A stretch of 22,630 bases of DNA from Candidatus Sumerlaeia bacterium. GTDB taxonomy: Bacteria; Sumerlaeota; Sumerlaeia; SLMS01. The translations under genes were made by a program, and so were the position numbers. The stretch is taken from assembly GCA_038208905.1 (NCBI GenBank), contig JBBQYG010000055.1, positions 1 to 22,630 of the forward strand, given 5' to 3'. How positions within the stretch are numbered: position 1 is the first letter of the stretch; each line of letters opens with the position of its first letter. Positions 15,451-22,630 of this stretch are shown piece after piece. The notes under the pieces are model-generated. The model was given only the letters and a program-made list of their open reading frames with translations, did no database searches and had not been told where the DNA came from.

Positions 15451-16347
15451 GTGAACACCCTGCCGCCGCCCCTGAAGACCGAGATCGCCCGCGTGCTCTC
15501 GATCTATAATGGCGGCGCCGTCGCGATCACCTCCGCCCATGCCGTGGGCGGCGGGTGCATCAACCACGCCAGCCGCGTGGAGACCAGCGCCGGGGCGTGG
15601 TTCCTGAAACACAACGCCAAGGCGCCCGAGCGCATGTTCCTCCAGGAGGCCGTCGGCCTGCGCGCGCTGCAAGCCACCGGTGCCATCACCGTTCCCGAAC
15701 CCATCGCCGCCAGCGACGGCTCCGACGATTTCCCGCCCTACCTCCTTACCACCTGGATCGAGTCCGCCCCCCGCGCGCCCGACTATGAACGCCAGCTGGG
15801 CCGCCGCCTTGCCCGGCTCCATCGCGCCGGGCGCGGAGACGCCTATGGCTTTCAGGACGACAACTTTCTAGGCACCACGCCCCAGCCCAACCCCCGCACC
15901 CAAAGCTGGGTGGAGTTCTTCCGCGAGCACCGCCTCCGCCACCAGCTCGACCTCGCCGCGCGCAACGGCCACGGCGGCGAACTCCAGACCCTCGGCGCCC
16001 GCCTCCTCGACCGCCTCCCCGGCCTGATCCCCGAACCCACCGACCCGCCCACCCTCATCCACGGCGACCTCTGGAGCGGCAACCACCTCCCCGGCCCCGA
16101 CGGCCACGCCGCCCTGGTGGACCCCGCCGCCTACCACGCCCACCGCGAGGCCGAACTCGCCATGACCCGCCTCTTCGGCGGCTTCACCCCGGACTTCGAG
16201 GCGGGCTACGCCGACGAATGGCCACTGGACGACGGCAGCGACGCGCGTATAGAAATCTATACGCTCTACCATTTGCTCAATCACCTGAACCTGTTTGGGA
16301 CGGGGTATCTGGGGCAGTGCCTTGATCTGCTCCGTCGGGTTGAGTAG
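15451..16347 (+). CDS. Fructosamine kinase family protein
   Basis: AAAGGA before GTG 15451. GGGCIN, WFLK, YGFQDDNFLGTTPQPN, LIHGDLWSGN, DPAAY.AHREAELAMTRLFGGF and YHLLNHLNLFG.GY. Confidence 0.93.
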   Translation: MNTLPPPLKTEIARVLSIYNGGAVAITSAHAVGGGCINHASRVETSAGAWFLKHNAKAPERMFLQEAVGLRALQATGAITVPEPIAASDGSDDFPPYLLTTWIESAPRAPDYERQLGRRLARLHRAGRGDAYGFQDDNFLGTTPQPNPRTQSWVEFFREHRLRHQLDLAARNGHGGELQTLGARLLDRLPGLIPEPTDPPTLIHGDLWSGNHLPGPDGHAALVDPAAYHAHREAELAMTRLFGGFTPDFEAGYADEWPLDDGSDARIEIYTLYHLLNHLNLFGTGYLGQCLDLLRRVE

Positions 16348-16532
16348 CTGTGGGTCACGACGCGGAAGGCGTTTGGACGATATCGAATCAGAAGCACGAA
16401 CAACGATTCCGATGGACCGTTCAGGCGGTCCTTGGATTAGATCATTCGTCGCGGACGAGCTTGGCGAAAATCTTCCGTGGTGGCCGTTGCGATTCGGGCG
16501 CCGCGCAGTCTCTTCACTGAAGGAGTTCCAGC

Positions 16533-16742
16533 ATGCGCAATTTCACCGCCATCATTGAGAAGTGTCCCGACACCGGATTGTACGTCGGCTACGTGCCCGG
16601 ATTGGCGGGGGCCCACTCGCAAGGCGCCACGATCGAAGAACTCTCGGGAAACCTGCGCGAAACGATCCTTATGCTCCTTGAGGACGGCGAGCCTATCCTC
16701 GACAGCGAGTTTGTCGGCACCCAGTCCATCGTGGTCGCCTAA
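16533..16742 (+). CDS. hicB: HicB-family antitoxin (short, no DNA-binding domain)
   Basis: AAGGAG Shine-Dalgarno. 69 aa, FTAIIEKCPDTGLYVGYVPGLAGAHSQGATIEEL..NLRE.I.MLLE. Confidence 0.88.
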   Translation: MRNFTAIIEKCPDTGLYVGYVPGLAGAHSQGATIEELSGNLRETILMLLEDGEPILDSEFVGTQSIVVA

Positions 16743-16744
16743 CG

Positions 16745-16969
16745 GTGGGAACTGTAACCGTCCTCAAATCGGCAGAAGTCGTTGCAATCCTCGAACGACT
16801 CGGTTTCGAGGAGGTTCGCCAACGCGGATCGCACTAGCAATTCCGCCATGTGGACGGACGGGGAACCACCGTGCCGTTTCACGCGGGGCGGGACGTCTCC
16901 CCGATATTGCTGCGTCGTATTGCGCGTGACATCGGACTCTCGATCCAAGAGTTCATCGCGGCACGATGA
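16745..16969 (+). pseudogene. hicA: HicA-family toxin interrupted by an in-frame TAG at codon 31
   Basis: Manual translation from GTG 16745: MGTVTVLKSAEVVAILERLGFEEVRQRGSH*QFRHVDGRGTTVPFHAGRDVSPILLRRIARDIGLSIQEFIAAR. TAG at 16835-16837, terminal TGA at 16967-16969. Confidence 0.88.
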
Positions 16970-17094
16970 TGCTCCGCGCCGTCCCCGGAAGCATAGCATC
17001 ACTTCGCCCTTGCCCGGAACCAATCGCGATGTATTCTGTCAGCAGCCATCGATCACCGGATTATATTCCGGCCTCCGCCACGGAGACACCTAAA

Positions 17095-17667
17095 ATGCCC
17101 ACGAAGAAGAGCACGAGCACCACCCCTGCCGAAGTGCCGGAATCAGAATCCCCCTCCGCCCAGATCGACGCCATCGTCGGCGGGCTCGACGATTGGCGCG
17201 GAGAGATGCTCATCCGCGAGGCCGTCGCGCAGAACACGGCCCCCGCCCCCAAGCCCGCCGCGAAGGAGCCCAAGCTCCTCTCCGGCGGCAACCCCCAGAT
17301 CGCCAAGGGCGACGGCGACGCCCCCGTGCAGGCCTACATCGCCGCCATGCCCGGCTGGAAGGGCACCGTCGGACGACGCCTCGACGACCTCATCAACCGC
17401 ACCATCCCCGGCGTCGCCAAGGCCGTGAAGTGGAACACCCCCTTCTATGGAAACGAAGGCGACGGCTGGTTCATCGCCTTCCACTGCATCACCAAATACG
17501 TCAAAGTCACCTTCTTCCGCGGCACCTCACTCAAACCTGTCCCCCCCGAGGAATCCAAGGTCGCCGAAGTGCGCTACTTCCAAATCCACGAACACGGCGA
17601 CTTCGACGAGAAGCAGTTCACAACATGGGTGAAGCAGGCGAGCAAGCTGCCGGGGGAGCGGCTGTGA
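17095..17667 (+). CDS. DUF1801 (YdhG-like) domain protein with an N-terminal remnant of a second DUF1801 domain
   Basis: GGAGA before ATG 17095. LLSGGNPQIAKGDGDAPVQAYIAAMPGWK...AVKWNTPFYG...FHCITKYVKVTFFRGTSL. Confidence 0.85.
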   Translation: MPTKKSTSTTPAEVPESESPSAQIDAIVGGLDDWRGEMLIREAVAQNTAPAPKPAAKEPKLLSGGNPQIAKGDGDAPVQAYIAAMPGWKGTVGRRLDDLINRTIPGVAKAVKWNTPFYGNEGDGWFIAFHCITKYVKVTFFRGTSLKPVPPEESKVAEVRYFQIHEHGDFDEKQFTTWVKQASKLPGERL

Positions 17668-17682
17668 CGGGGCTCAAGCAAA

Positions 17683-17719
17683 CGGCCGGGGCTCCCATCG
17701 GAAACCCCGGCCGCGTTTT
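17683..17719. terminator. Probable intrinsic terminator between convergent genes
   Basis: CGGCCGGGG (17683-17691) / CCCCGGCCG (17705-17713), followed by CGTTTT and preceded by AAA. Confidence 0.65.
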
Positions 17720-17754
17720 CGTCTAATGCTCTGCGTCGCGCTGGGCGCTGCCGT

Positions 17755-19446
17755 TTAGTTGTAGAGTGACCAGCCGCTCGCCGAGAGGACCGGCGGGGCT
17801 GGGATGCCAACGTAGTCGGCGCCGCCGGAAAGGGCACCGGAGACACCCGCCGCATTGTAGGCGGCGTTGTTCACGTCGAATGCCGTGGCGAGGAGCGGGT
17901 CCGTGCCCACGTACTCGGGATCGGCGGTGACGATGGTGGAGCCGAGCGAAAGCGTCAGCGTGCCGCGCGAGGCGATGGCATCGGGCCCTGCCTCGACGAA
18001 GGCCGAGTTGTTGACACTGGCAGGGCCTGTGTATGCCGTGGCCGGGGCAGCTGGCGCTGCTGACGTGGAGAAGCCGGTTCCCGGTCCGCTGAAGATCATC
18101 TCGGCGAAGGAGACCGCCGCCGTGCCGCCGCCAGCGTTGCCGGACCCGACGGGCACGTCTCCGACTGGGGTGCCAAGGATGCTGACGTGTGAGGCGCCAC
18201 CGGTGCCGAACTGGTGGACGGTCACGCGCTCGAAGGTGTCGAGGCCGCTGCGGGGAGTGATCTGGATTCCGACGCCGGTTGTGTTGATGATTACGTCGCT
18301 GGCGTTAAGGGTTCCCTCGCCGTTGGCGGAGCCCTTGTTGAGTCCCACCTGGGTGATCGGCGAATCCGCGGAGGACTGGATGAACGTATTGTTCACGTTG
18401 TACGTCATGCCAATGGCATCGAGGCCTGTGGCGTTCAGCAGTAGCGATGAGCCGGAGACGTTGAACGTCTTCCAGACCACCGTGCAGTTGTCCAGCCCAG
18501 CGGTCACGTCATCACCGGTGATGTTGATGGTGCCCGCCTTGGAGGCGGTGCCAGTTACGTGGATGCCGAAGTCGCGCGAATAGGAGAACACGCAGTTGTG
18601 GATGGTGAAGACGTTGGTGTTGGCCCCAGCAAGGGTGAGGTTGATGGTCTTGAATCCGGGCGTGGCGTTGGCCCCGTTGATCAAGCCGTTGTCGGCGGCG
18701 CCGCGATTCGCGTAGAAGACGCAGCCGCTGAGGTACAGATTATAGGACTCGCCCGCCACCTGGGGCGCCTGGAGCAAGTTGTCGTTGGGGCCAGCTCCGC
18801 CCATTGTGGAAACGGGGTCGATGAAGGCCTGCGCGCGCGATGTGATTGCCGGCGCGCCGGGAGTGACTCCAGGTACAACGGAAGTGGGGTTTGTTGTATC
18901 GGTGAAGATGCAGTCAATGAAGGAGTAGGTGTTCTCGATGGCGTTGACGCCACCCTCGTTGATGAGCACCAGTTCGTCATTCAGCCCAGCGTCGGGAAGC
19001 GCGGTCGTGGCAAGGGGCGCAGGCGCGAAGATGATGTCGCGGAAAGTCACATCGATATCGCCCGTCTGGCGGATCAGCAGGCCGTCGCCACCGCCCGACC
19101 AACCCAGCAGCAGCATGATCGTCGCCTTGGTGCCGGCCGTGTCGGACTGGATGACGATGTCGCCAGCCACGTTGCCGCGGCCGGGGGCGGCGGTCAGGTT
19201 GTCGGCCAAGGTCATCTTCTCCGTGTAGTTGCCGACGCCGGTCTTGATGTTGATGACGAGGGGGGGCGTCTCGCCCGCGTTAACTCCGCCGACGCAGTAG
19301 GCGTCGATGGCGCCCTGAACGGTGTTGAAAACGCTGGCGCTAGGCACGCCGGCGGGATCGACGAGGACGGGGTTTGCCGCAAAGGCGGAACCGCCCGCAA
19401 TGAGCGGAAGGGCGACGAGCCCCGAGATGAAATGCTTCCTATTCAT
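17755..19446 (-). CDS. Secreted right-handed parallel beta-helix (pectin lyase-like fold) protein
   Basis: GAGGAG before ATG 19446. Signal peptide ending AFA; cap FNTVQGAIDA..INIKTG..YTE; periodic strands FRDIIF, FIDCIF, LSGCVF, IHNCVF, VNNTFI, FERVTV; ADPEYV near the end. Substrate unknown. Confidence 0.7.
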   Translation of the reverse strand: MNRKHFISGLVALPLIAGGSAFAANPVLVDPAGVPSASVFNTVQGAIDAYCVGGVNAGETPPLVINIKTGVGNYTEKMTLADNLTAAPGRGNVAGDIVIQSDTAGTKATIMLLLGWSGGGDGLLIRQTGDIDVTFRDIIFAPAPLATTALPDAGLNDELVLINEGGVNAIENTYSFIDCIFTDTTNPTSVVPGVTPGAPAITSRAQAFIDPVSTMGGAGPNDNLLQAPQVAGESYNLYLSGCVFYANRGAADNGLINGANATPGFKTINLTLAGANTNVFTIHNCVFSYSRDFGIHVTGTASKAGTINITGDDVTAGLDNCTVVWKTFNVSGSSLLLNATGLDAIGMTYNVNNTFIQSSADSPITQVGLNKGSANGEGTLNASDVIINTTGVGIQITPRSGLDTFERVTVHQFGTGGASHVSILGTPVGDVPVGSGNAGGGTAAVSFAEMIFSGPGTGFSTSAAPAAPATAYTGPASVNNSAFVEAGPDAIASRGTLTLSLGSTIVTADPEYVGTDPLLATAFDVNNAAYNAAGVSGALSGGADYVGIPAPPVLSASGWSLYN

Positions 19447-19539
19447 GATGCTGTTCTCCTCATTCTGTTGGTTGCGCGACACCAGTCGGGTCTGCCTCTG
19501 GTTGCCGCAGGCTTGAGTATCAACCCCACGCCATTGCCC

Positions 19540-19569
19540 ACTCTATGTCCATCCCCATTCCGAAAGCAA
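19540..19569 (-). promoter_or_regulatory. Candidate sigma70-type promoter for the beta-helix gene
   Basis: Minus strand TTGCTT (19569-19564) - 18 bp - TAGAGT (19545-19540), about 95 nt upstream of the start. Confidence 0.3.
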
Positions 19570-19838
19570 CTTCTCGCGCTTCGTTCATACAAAAATTGGC
19601 TTGGTTTCGGATTGGACCGTGAGAGGGGGCAGGGGCCATCCCCGCAGAATACTCCGCTTGCATGGCATTCCCGTGATTTTCACAGGTTTTCCACAGACAC
19701 GGCCGAGTTTTGGCTCGACACATACCCCTCTCTGCCAACACTTCACCTTCAACTTTCCCGGATTCCAAGGCCGGAGCCACGGAAAGGAGTTTCGCCCCCG
19801 GCGGGGCGGGACGACAAAGCCGCTCGGGAGTGACCCCG

Positions 19839-20438
19839 ATGCTTTCCCAGGGAGTGCTGGTCCTCAATCGAAACTGGCTCGCTGTCCATGTGTGCAGCGT
19901 CAAGCGGGCGATCACGCTCGTGTGCCAGGACTACGCCCGGGTGGTCGGCGACGACTACCAGATCCACGACTTCGATTCGTGGAGGTCCGTCTCCCAGGCG
20001 GTCGAGGCCCACGGCAACGATTTCGTCCACACTCCCTCGTTCCGGCTGCTCGTGCCGGAGGTTATCCTGCTGACAGGTTTTTCCCGGATGCCCCCGCGCA
20101 CGGTGAAGTTCAACCGGCGGAACATCTATATGCGCGACCACTACACGTGCCAGTATTGCGGCGTGAGGCCGGCCAAGGAAGAGCTGACGATCGACCACAT
20201 CGTCCCCCGCAGCAAGGGGGGGCGTTCCACATGGGAGAACGTGGTCCTCGCGTGCCAGCCGTGCAACACGCGCAAGGGGAGCAAGTCGCTCCCCGAGGCG
20301 GGCATGAGGCTCATGATGCCGGCCAAGCGGCCCCACTGGCTCTCCACCCTGCGCTGCACCCTGCGCGGGCCCGAGCGGCCCATCTGGCAGCGCTTCGTTG
20401 ACGCCGCCTACTGGAACGTCGCGCTCCAGGAAGAGTAG
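19839..20438 (+). CDS. HNH endonuclease (McrA-like, zinc-binding)
   Basis: GGGAG before ATG 19839. VLVLNRNW, FNRRNIYMRDHYTCQYCG and LTIDHIVPRSKGGRSTWENVVLACQPCNTRKG. Confidence 0.92.
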   Translation: MLSQGVLVLNRNWLAVHVCSVKRAITLVCQDYARVVGDDYQIHDFDSWRSVSQAVEAHGNDFVHTPSFRLLVPEVILLTGFSRMPPRTVKFNRRNIYMRDHYTCQYCGVRPAKEELTIDHIVPRSKGGRSTWENVVLACQPCNTRKGSKSLPEAGMRLMMPAKRPHWLSTLRCTLRGPERPIWQRFVDAAYWNVALQEE

Positions 20439-20447
20439 CCCCTCGGC

Positions 20448-20939
20448 ATGGAAACCGAAGGTCCCCTTTTTCCCGGCCTTCCCGCCGTGGTCCTCCATTG
20501 TCCCCGCATTCCCCAGAACGTGGGCGCCGTCGCGCGGGTGTGTGCCGTGGGCGGCGCCTCGCTTCATATCGTCAGGCCCGTGCCCTTCGAGCTGAGCGAC
20601 CGCACGCTGAAGCGGTCCGGCATGGACTACCTCGATCTGCTGCGCCTCCGCGATCACCTCGGCTGGCCGGAATGCCGCGCCGCGCTGGGGCCGCGGCGGT
20701 TCTGGCTTCTCTCCAGCAGCGGAGATCAAAGCCTCTTCGACACGAAGTTCCTCCCCGACGACGCGCTGCTCTTCGGCAACGAGTCCAGCGGCGTGCCCGA
20801 CGAGGTGCGCGATGAATTCGCGGGGCGCATCCTGCGCATTCCGATGCCGGAGCCCAAGGCGCGCTGCCTGAACCTCGCCACGGCCACGGCGATCTCCCTG
20901 TTCGAGGTGCTGCGGCAAACGGGGAGGCTCGTCCTGTGA
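20448..20939 (+). CDS. trmL: tRNA (cytidine/uridine(34)-2'-O)-methyltransferase, SPOUT family
   Basis: VVLHCPRIPQNVG, KRSGMDY, LLFGNESSG and RIPM...RCLNLA. Confidence 0.9.
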   Translation: METEGPLFPGLPAVVLHCPRIPQNVGAVARVCAVGGASLHIVRPVPFELSDRTLKRSGMDYLDLLRLRDHLGWPECRAALGPRRFWLLSSSGDQSLFDTKFLPDDALLFGNESSGVPDEVRDEFAGRILRIPMPEPKARCLNLATATAISLFEVLRQTGRLVL

Positions 20940-21457
20940 GGGACGGCCCGATCCGCCGCGCGCTCAAGGCCGTCGCGCTGGGCGTGTTTGTGGTGAACCT
21001 GCGCACAACGCGGGCGATCATGCGGCTGCGCGGCGTGAAGCCCTATCGCCTGGGCGGGACATGCGGAAAGTGCGCCGCCTGCTGCGAGGCGCCGGGCATT
21101 CAGGTGGATAAGATGACGTGGTTCCTGCCCACGGCGCGCGGGCTTTTCCTTGCGTGGCACCGTCGCGTGAACGGCTTCGAGCTGATCGAGCGCGACGTCG
21201 CCAACCGCATGTTCGTTTTCCGCTGCACCCACTGGGATCCGGAGACCCGCCGCTGCGACAGCTACGACTCCCGCCCCGGCATGTGCCGGGACTATCCGCG
21301 CGCGCTCCTGTGGCAGGCGAATCCCTCGATGCTCCCCGGATGCGGCTATTGCCCCATCGCCCCCAACGCCGACAAGATGATGGAGGCGCTTCGCCGCGAA
21401 GGGCTCGACGAGGAACGGCTGAAGCGAGTGAAGGAGAAGTTGCACCTTGGGGAATGA
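20936..21457 (+). CDS. YkgJ-family (CxxCxxCC) cysteine-cluster protein
   Basis: GTGA overlap with trmL. CGKCAACC, FRCTHWD...RCDSYDSRPGMCRDYP. Confidence 0.85.
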   Translation: MRDGPIRRALKAVALGVFVVNLRTTRAIMRLRGVKPYRLGGTCGKCAACCEAPGIQVDKMTWFLPTARGLFLAWHRRVNGFELIERDVANRMFVFRCTHWDPETRRCDSYDSRPGMCRDYPRALLWQANPSMLPGCGYCPIAPNADKMMEALRREGLDEERLKRVKEKLHLGE

Positions 21458-21471
21458 AAGTGTTCGTAAGG

Positions 21472-21542
21472 ATAGCGTGAGCGTCTCCGCCCGCGCCGGC
21501 GATCCCGCAAGCGACGGGGCTCGGACGAGGCGCCCGCGCTAC
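21472..21542. repeat. Degenerate GTAG-type REP doublet
   Basis: TAGCGTGAGCGTCTC (21473-21487) pairs with GAGGCGCCCGCGCTA (21527-21541) with G-U pairs and one mismatch. The right arm reads GTAGCGCGGGCGCCTC on the minus strand. Confidence 0.5.
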
Positions 21543-21591
21543 TGCTTTGGGACTTCCCCAAGCGCGAGACCGCGCCGCGGGAGCGGCGCAA

Positions 21592-21753
21592 CAATCGTAG
21601 CCCCGGACTTTAGTCCGGGGATCGCGGATCATTTTTTGACCGGACCCCGGCAGGGGTCCCACACTCCCGTCCGGCCCGCGTCTGTTGGACCCCTCCCGGA
21701 GTCCGGATTTTCGATGATCGGGGACCCCGGACTTAAGTCCGGGGCTACGATTG
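21592..21753. repeat. REPIN-like element: two inverted GTAG-type REP palindromes
   Basis: CAATCGTAGCCCCGGACTTTAGTCCGGGG (21592-21620) and CCCCGGACTTAAGTCCGGGGCTACGATTG (21725-21753) form a 28/29 inverted repeat. Each arm is GTAG + a 20-nt palindrome. Confidence 0.85.
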
Positions 21754-21853
21754 AATCGTCCCTGCCGGGACGATCGCGGCGCAGCCCTCTATGTATAGAC
21801 ACAGTGCGCCGGGAGCCGTTCGGGGCGCCGGCAAGGCGCCCGCGCGACCTTGC

Positions 21854-21881
21854 CATTCCCCATTCCCCGTTCCCCATTCCC
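21854..21881 (-). repeat. Heptamer tandem repeat (GGGAAYG)x4 on the minus strand
   Basis: CATTCCC CATTCCC CGTTCCC CATTCCC; near-identical to the reverse complement of 13638-13665. Confidence 0.8.
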
Positions 21882-21886
21882 CGCCC

Positions 21887-22405
21887 ATGAAATTCCGCTT
21901 CGCCGCCATCGACGGCACGGGCCGCGTCCTGCGCGGCGTCCTCCGCGCTGAGGGCGAGGAGGACGCGCGCGAGCTGCTCCTCTCGGGCGATGTCTATGCG
22001 AAGACCCTCGAACCCGCCGACGAGGAGGAGAAGGCCACGTGGGCGCCGCGCGCGCGGATTATGAGCCGACACGCCTCCGCCGGAGCCGCCGCTGCGGAAT
22101 TGCGCCCGGTGGCGGGGCTGTTCCCGACGCGTTGCGTGGCGGGCCACGGGGCGGGCTCCGCCGGCGAGGCGGGTTTCGCGGAGTCGGGGGAGTTTGTCTA
22201 TACGCAACGCGGCGGCGGGAAGCCCCTGGTGGTTTCACCGGGCGAAATCGAGGTCGCCGCGCTGGCCGGATTTCCGCGGCGCCTCTTGCGCCTGACGCTG
22301 CTGGATGGCCGCATGATCGAGTTCGACGCCGGGTTCCTCTTCGCGTCGGGCGGCGCACGCGGCGCCGTGCGGCGGCTGCGGTCAACTCCCGGAAAGAAGG
22401 CCTAG
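21887..22405 (+). CDS. Hypothetical protein with a GspF/PilC-like N-terminal segment
   Basis: MKFRFAAIDGTGRVLRGVLRAEGEEDARELLLSGDVYAKTL resembles the start of type II secretion F/PilC proteins. No TM segments follow. Stop is 1 nt before the next ATG. Confidence 0.65.
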   Translation: MKFRFAAIDGTGRVLRGVLRAEGEEDARELLLSGDVYAKTLEPADEEEKATWAPRARIMSRHASAGAAAAELRPVAGLFPTRCVAGHGAGSAGEAGFAESGEFVYTQRGGGKPLVVSPGEIEVAALAGFPRRLLRLTLLDGRMIEFDAGFLFASGGARGAVRRLRSTPGKKA

Positions 22406-22406
22406 G

Positions 22407-22630
22407 ATGCGCTCTCCCCACTACGCCGACCTCCATTGTCACTCCACCGCCAGCGATGGGTCCGACGCGCCTGCGGTGGTGGTCCGCCGCGCCAGGGAGC
22501 GCGGGCTGCACGTGATCGCGCTGACCGATCACGATACCGTGGCGGGAGTGGCCGAGGCCCAGGCCGAGGGCGCGCGCATCGGAGTCCGCGTGATCGCCGG
22601 CACGGAACTGACGTGCTACGTGGGCAAGCG
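22407..22630 (+). CDS. PHP-domain metal-dependent phosphoesterase (TrpH/YciV-like), 3'-truncated by the window edge
   Basis: Manual translation (absent from the ORF track): MRSPHYADLHCHSTASDGSDAPAVVVRRARERGLHVIALTDHDTVAGV...VIAGTELTC. HxH and TDHD motifs present. Confidence 0.92.
   Translation, partial: MRSPHYADLHCHSTASDGSDAPAVVVRRARERGLHVIALTDHDTVAGVAEAQAEGARIGVRVIAGTELTCYVGK

Noticed and set aside
19839-20438. HNH gene as IscB/Cas9-like RNA-guided nuclease or homing endonuclease
   Set aside because: Only 199 aa, with no PLMP or RuvC motifs, and no intron or transposon ends are visible.

Overview
GC-rich bacterial chromosomal window of mostly housekeeping genes with small accessory modules. 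The short Trp-containing C-terminal tails on secreted proteins suggest Candidatus Sumerlaeota/BRC1 or a relative (recollection-based inference, not a search result). Gene order: nadD (5'-truncated), rhodanese, two bPH_2 membrane proteins, a YHYH protein-MbnP-MbnH (MauG-type di-heme) operon, an exported thioredoxin-fold/2xCBM48 protein, murA (-), acpP-fabF, a TIM-barrel isomerase (-), an exported hypothetical protein coupled to tsaD, an HtrA protease (-), fructosamine kinase, hicB followed by a hicA with an in-frame amber codon (missed by the ORF track), an internally deleted DUF1801 gene, a secreted beta-helix protein (-), HNH-trmL-YkgJ, a small protein with a GspF/PilC-like N-terminus, and a PHP-domain gene (3'-truncated). 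Intergenic regions are rich in repeats: GTAG/GTGG-type REP doublets, a 22/21-bp alternating tandem array, a 9-bp-period fold-back array and two dispersed (GGGAAYN)4 heptamer arrays. Best candidates for undescribed biology: (i) the YHYH-MbnP-MbnH operon with no methanobactin biosynthesis genes in the window, and (ii) a shared terminal S-[VA]-x-x-W-x-x-[R/Y] tail on two unrelated secreted proteins that may be a sorting signal. No rRNA, tRNA, CRISPR array or transposase was recognised.
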